From Bispira polyomma (lineage: Eukaryota): 64,000 bases of DNA. Positions 62,785-64,000 of the stretch are shown one piece after another (position 1 is the first letter of the stretch; each line of letters opens with the position of its first letter). The notes beneath the pieces were generated by a model. That model saw only the letters and a list, made by a program, of their open reading frames with translations, did no database searches and was not told the DNA's origin. The stretch covers positions 99,572,001-99,636,000 of the forward strand of contig OZ287751.1 in the NCBI GenBank assembly GCA_965649765.1, written 5' to 3'. The position numbers and the translations under genes are program-made.

Positions 62785-63444
62785 ATTCCCTGGTCACACC
62801 GGATGTACGTTAGTGTGTGTAAGTCACACAAGGGCTGTGTAAACAGCTGCTGCAAAAGTTGATGCACAAATCCAAATTTTGCTTTTTTATGTGAAAGGGA
62901 TCAGTAGACATCATAATTTACACATTTGTAGGTCAAAAAGTGTAAGGTCTCGCAGGGGATGCACAGGTGCATGTCAAAGTACGTATAATATCCCTCGAAT
63001 GGCACGTACAAGTATGCCGTTACTTGTAAAGAGATGCAATTTTTTACGTTAAAGTATGTTAAATTACATTAAACCATGTCATTTATTATGTTATATCTGC
63101 GTAATTCTACTTAATCTGTCGTAAAAATACGTCAATACACATTTATGTACATGTGCGCCCCTCAACTTGCAAGTATTGCAGCACAATGACACACATTTAC
63201 ACACTGTGATGCATAATCCACGTTGACCCACGCGAATTGTGCAATGCTCGTGCGAAAGTTTACGTTTCAGTACGTCATATTTTTAAATCTCTTGTGTGTC
63301 CAAATTTCAAACAGTTTAAAGTTATGAATCCCTTATCTCATCTCTCACGCCAGGTTTTATATGTTTATGTATATTACGTCAGCTCCCATAAATACCACGC
63401 AAAACCTATGCAAATTAACGTGACAGCCGGTGGGACCAGAGTAT
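62785..63444. mobile_element. MITE with ~28-bp imperfect terminal inverted repeats
   Basis: Left CCCTGGTCACACCGGATGTACGT versus right (reverse complement) CTCTGGTCCCACCGGCTGTCACGT; flanked by TA; absent from paralogous host sites (~9485, ~51255). Confidence 0.8.
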
Positions 63445-63559
63445 TAGTGAGGGGTAGCAGATGTTTGCTCTTCCATTACACTGTTGTAGTATTACACTGT
63501 TATTTTTATGTTTTTGTTTTGCATCGTTTTGCAAAGCTTTAAAGACTCCATTTGAGCTT

Positions 63560-63920
63560 CAGTGCCTCGGGGTTTGTAGAAGCCAATCAATATAACACAG
63601 GAACACATAGCAATGCGGTTAAATATTTATTATGACTAGGCTACATCTAATATTTCATTATGTACAGTTGTAGTACACCCTTAATGTTTTAAGGTCACCA
63701 TAGCTTGAAGTTCAAGTTTTTCAAGATTGAAAACAAAGGTGACCTTAATGGATTGAAAATGAGGTCACCATAGCTTGAGTTTAAGCAAAGGCAACCTTAA
63801 ATTTTGAAAATGAGGTTATCCTAACCTGAATGAGTTTAAACAAAGGTAACCTTAAGTTTGAAGATGAGGTTACCCTAACTTGGGTCTAAGTTGATGAAAA
63901 GTTGAAACAAAGGTGACTAA
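63560..63920 (-). mobile_element. Solo 3' end of an array-type YR element (terminus plus ~8 palindromes)
   Basis: CAGTGCCTCGGGGTTTG at 63560 resembles the Y1 terminus CAGTGCGCAGGGGTTTC; palindromes at about 63691, 63736, 63761, 63788, 63812, 63843, 63866 and 63909. Confidence 0.8.
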
Positions 63921-64000
63921 ATGACACATCCGTACTCAAAAGTCACATTAACAATCCTTTTATCAGAGGCATTATTTGATCTATGAATAAGGAGACTACC

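Larger units (their letters stand above)
1..64000 (+). repeat. Background of about four diverged tandem copies of a multi-kb host unit, starting near 1, 20900, 40100 and 54500
   Basis: CAGCATTACACAAAA at ~69, ~20990, ~54576; CTCTTCAAGATA at ~1923, ~22293, ~41789, ~55869; TGTGTACAGCAC at ~3404, ~51063, ~62610; 9400-10490 ~ 51200-52050; 16755-16830 ~ 63925-64000. Confidence 0.8.

Overview
AT-rich, repeat-dense eukaryotic DNA. The SINE and LINE types suggest a marine invertebrate, probably a lophotrochozoan (inference). No host gene can be supported. The window is dominated by seven tyrosine-recombinase (YR) retrotransposons or remnants of the DIRS order, Ngaro-like (gag with zinc fingers, RT with YIDD, RNase H, YR, no methyltransferase seen). 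They are labelled Y1-Y7, plus two solo 3' ends. Also present are several L2-type LINE fragments, tRNA-derived SINEs and a MITE, all nested in about four diverged tandem copies of a host unit. Y3 (25248-31740, minus) is nearly complete, with classical split direct repeats A1-ORFs-B1-A2-[394-bp structured spacer]-B2. Y1, Y2, Y4, Y6 and Y7 form a different group in which no split repeats are visible. Instead they show a 3' array of TTAAGGTNACCTTAA palindromes with variable spacers, a ...GCACTG 3' terminus that pairs with an element-specific site near the 5' end, and a conserved 5' hairpin. Comparing the divergent copies suggests a shared expression strategy: a -1 frameshift signal (A AAA AAC) at the gag/pol junction, and phase-matched splice sites that would fuse the Gag N-terminus to the recombinase. 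All comparisons were made by eye; boundaries of degenerate copies are approximate.
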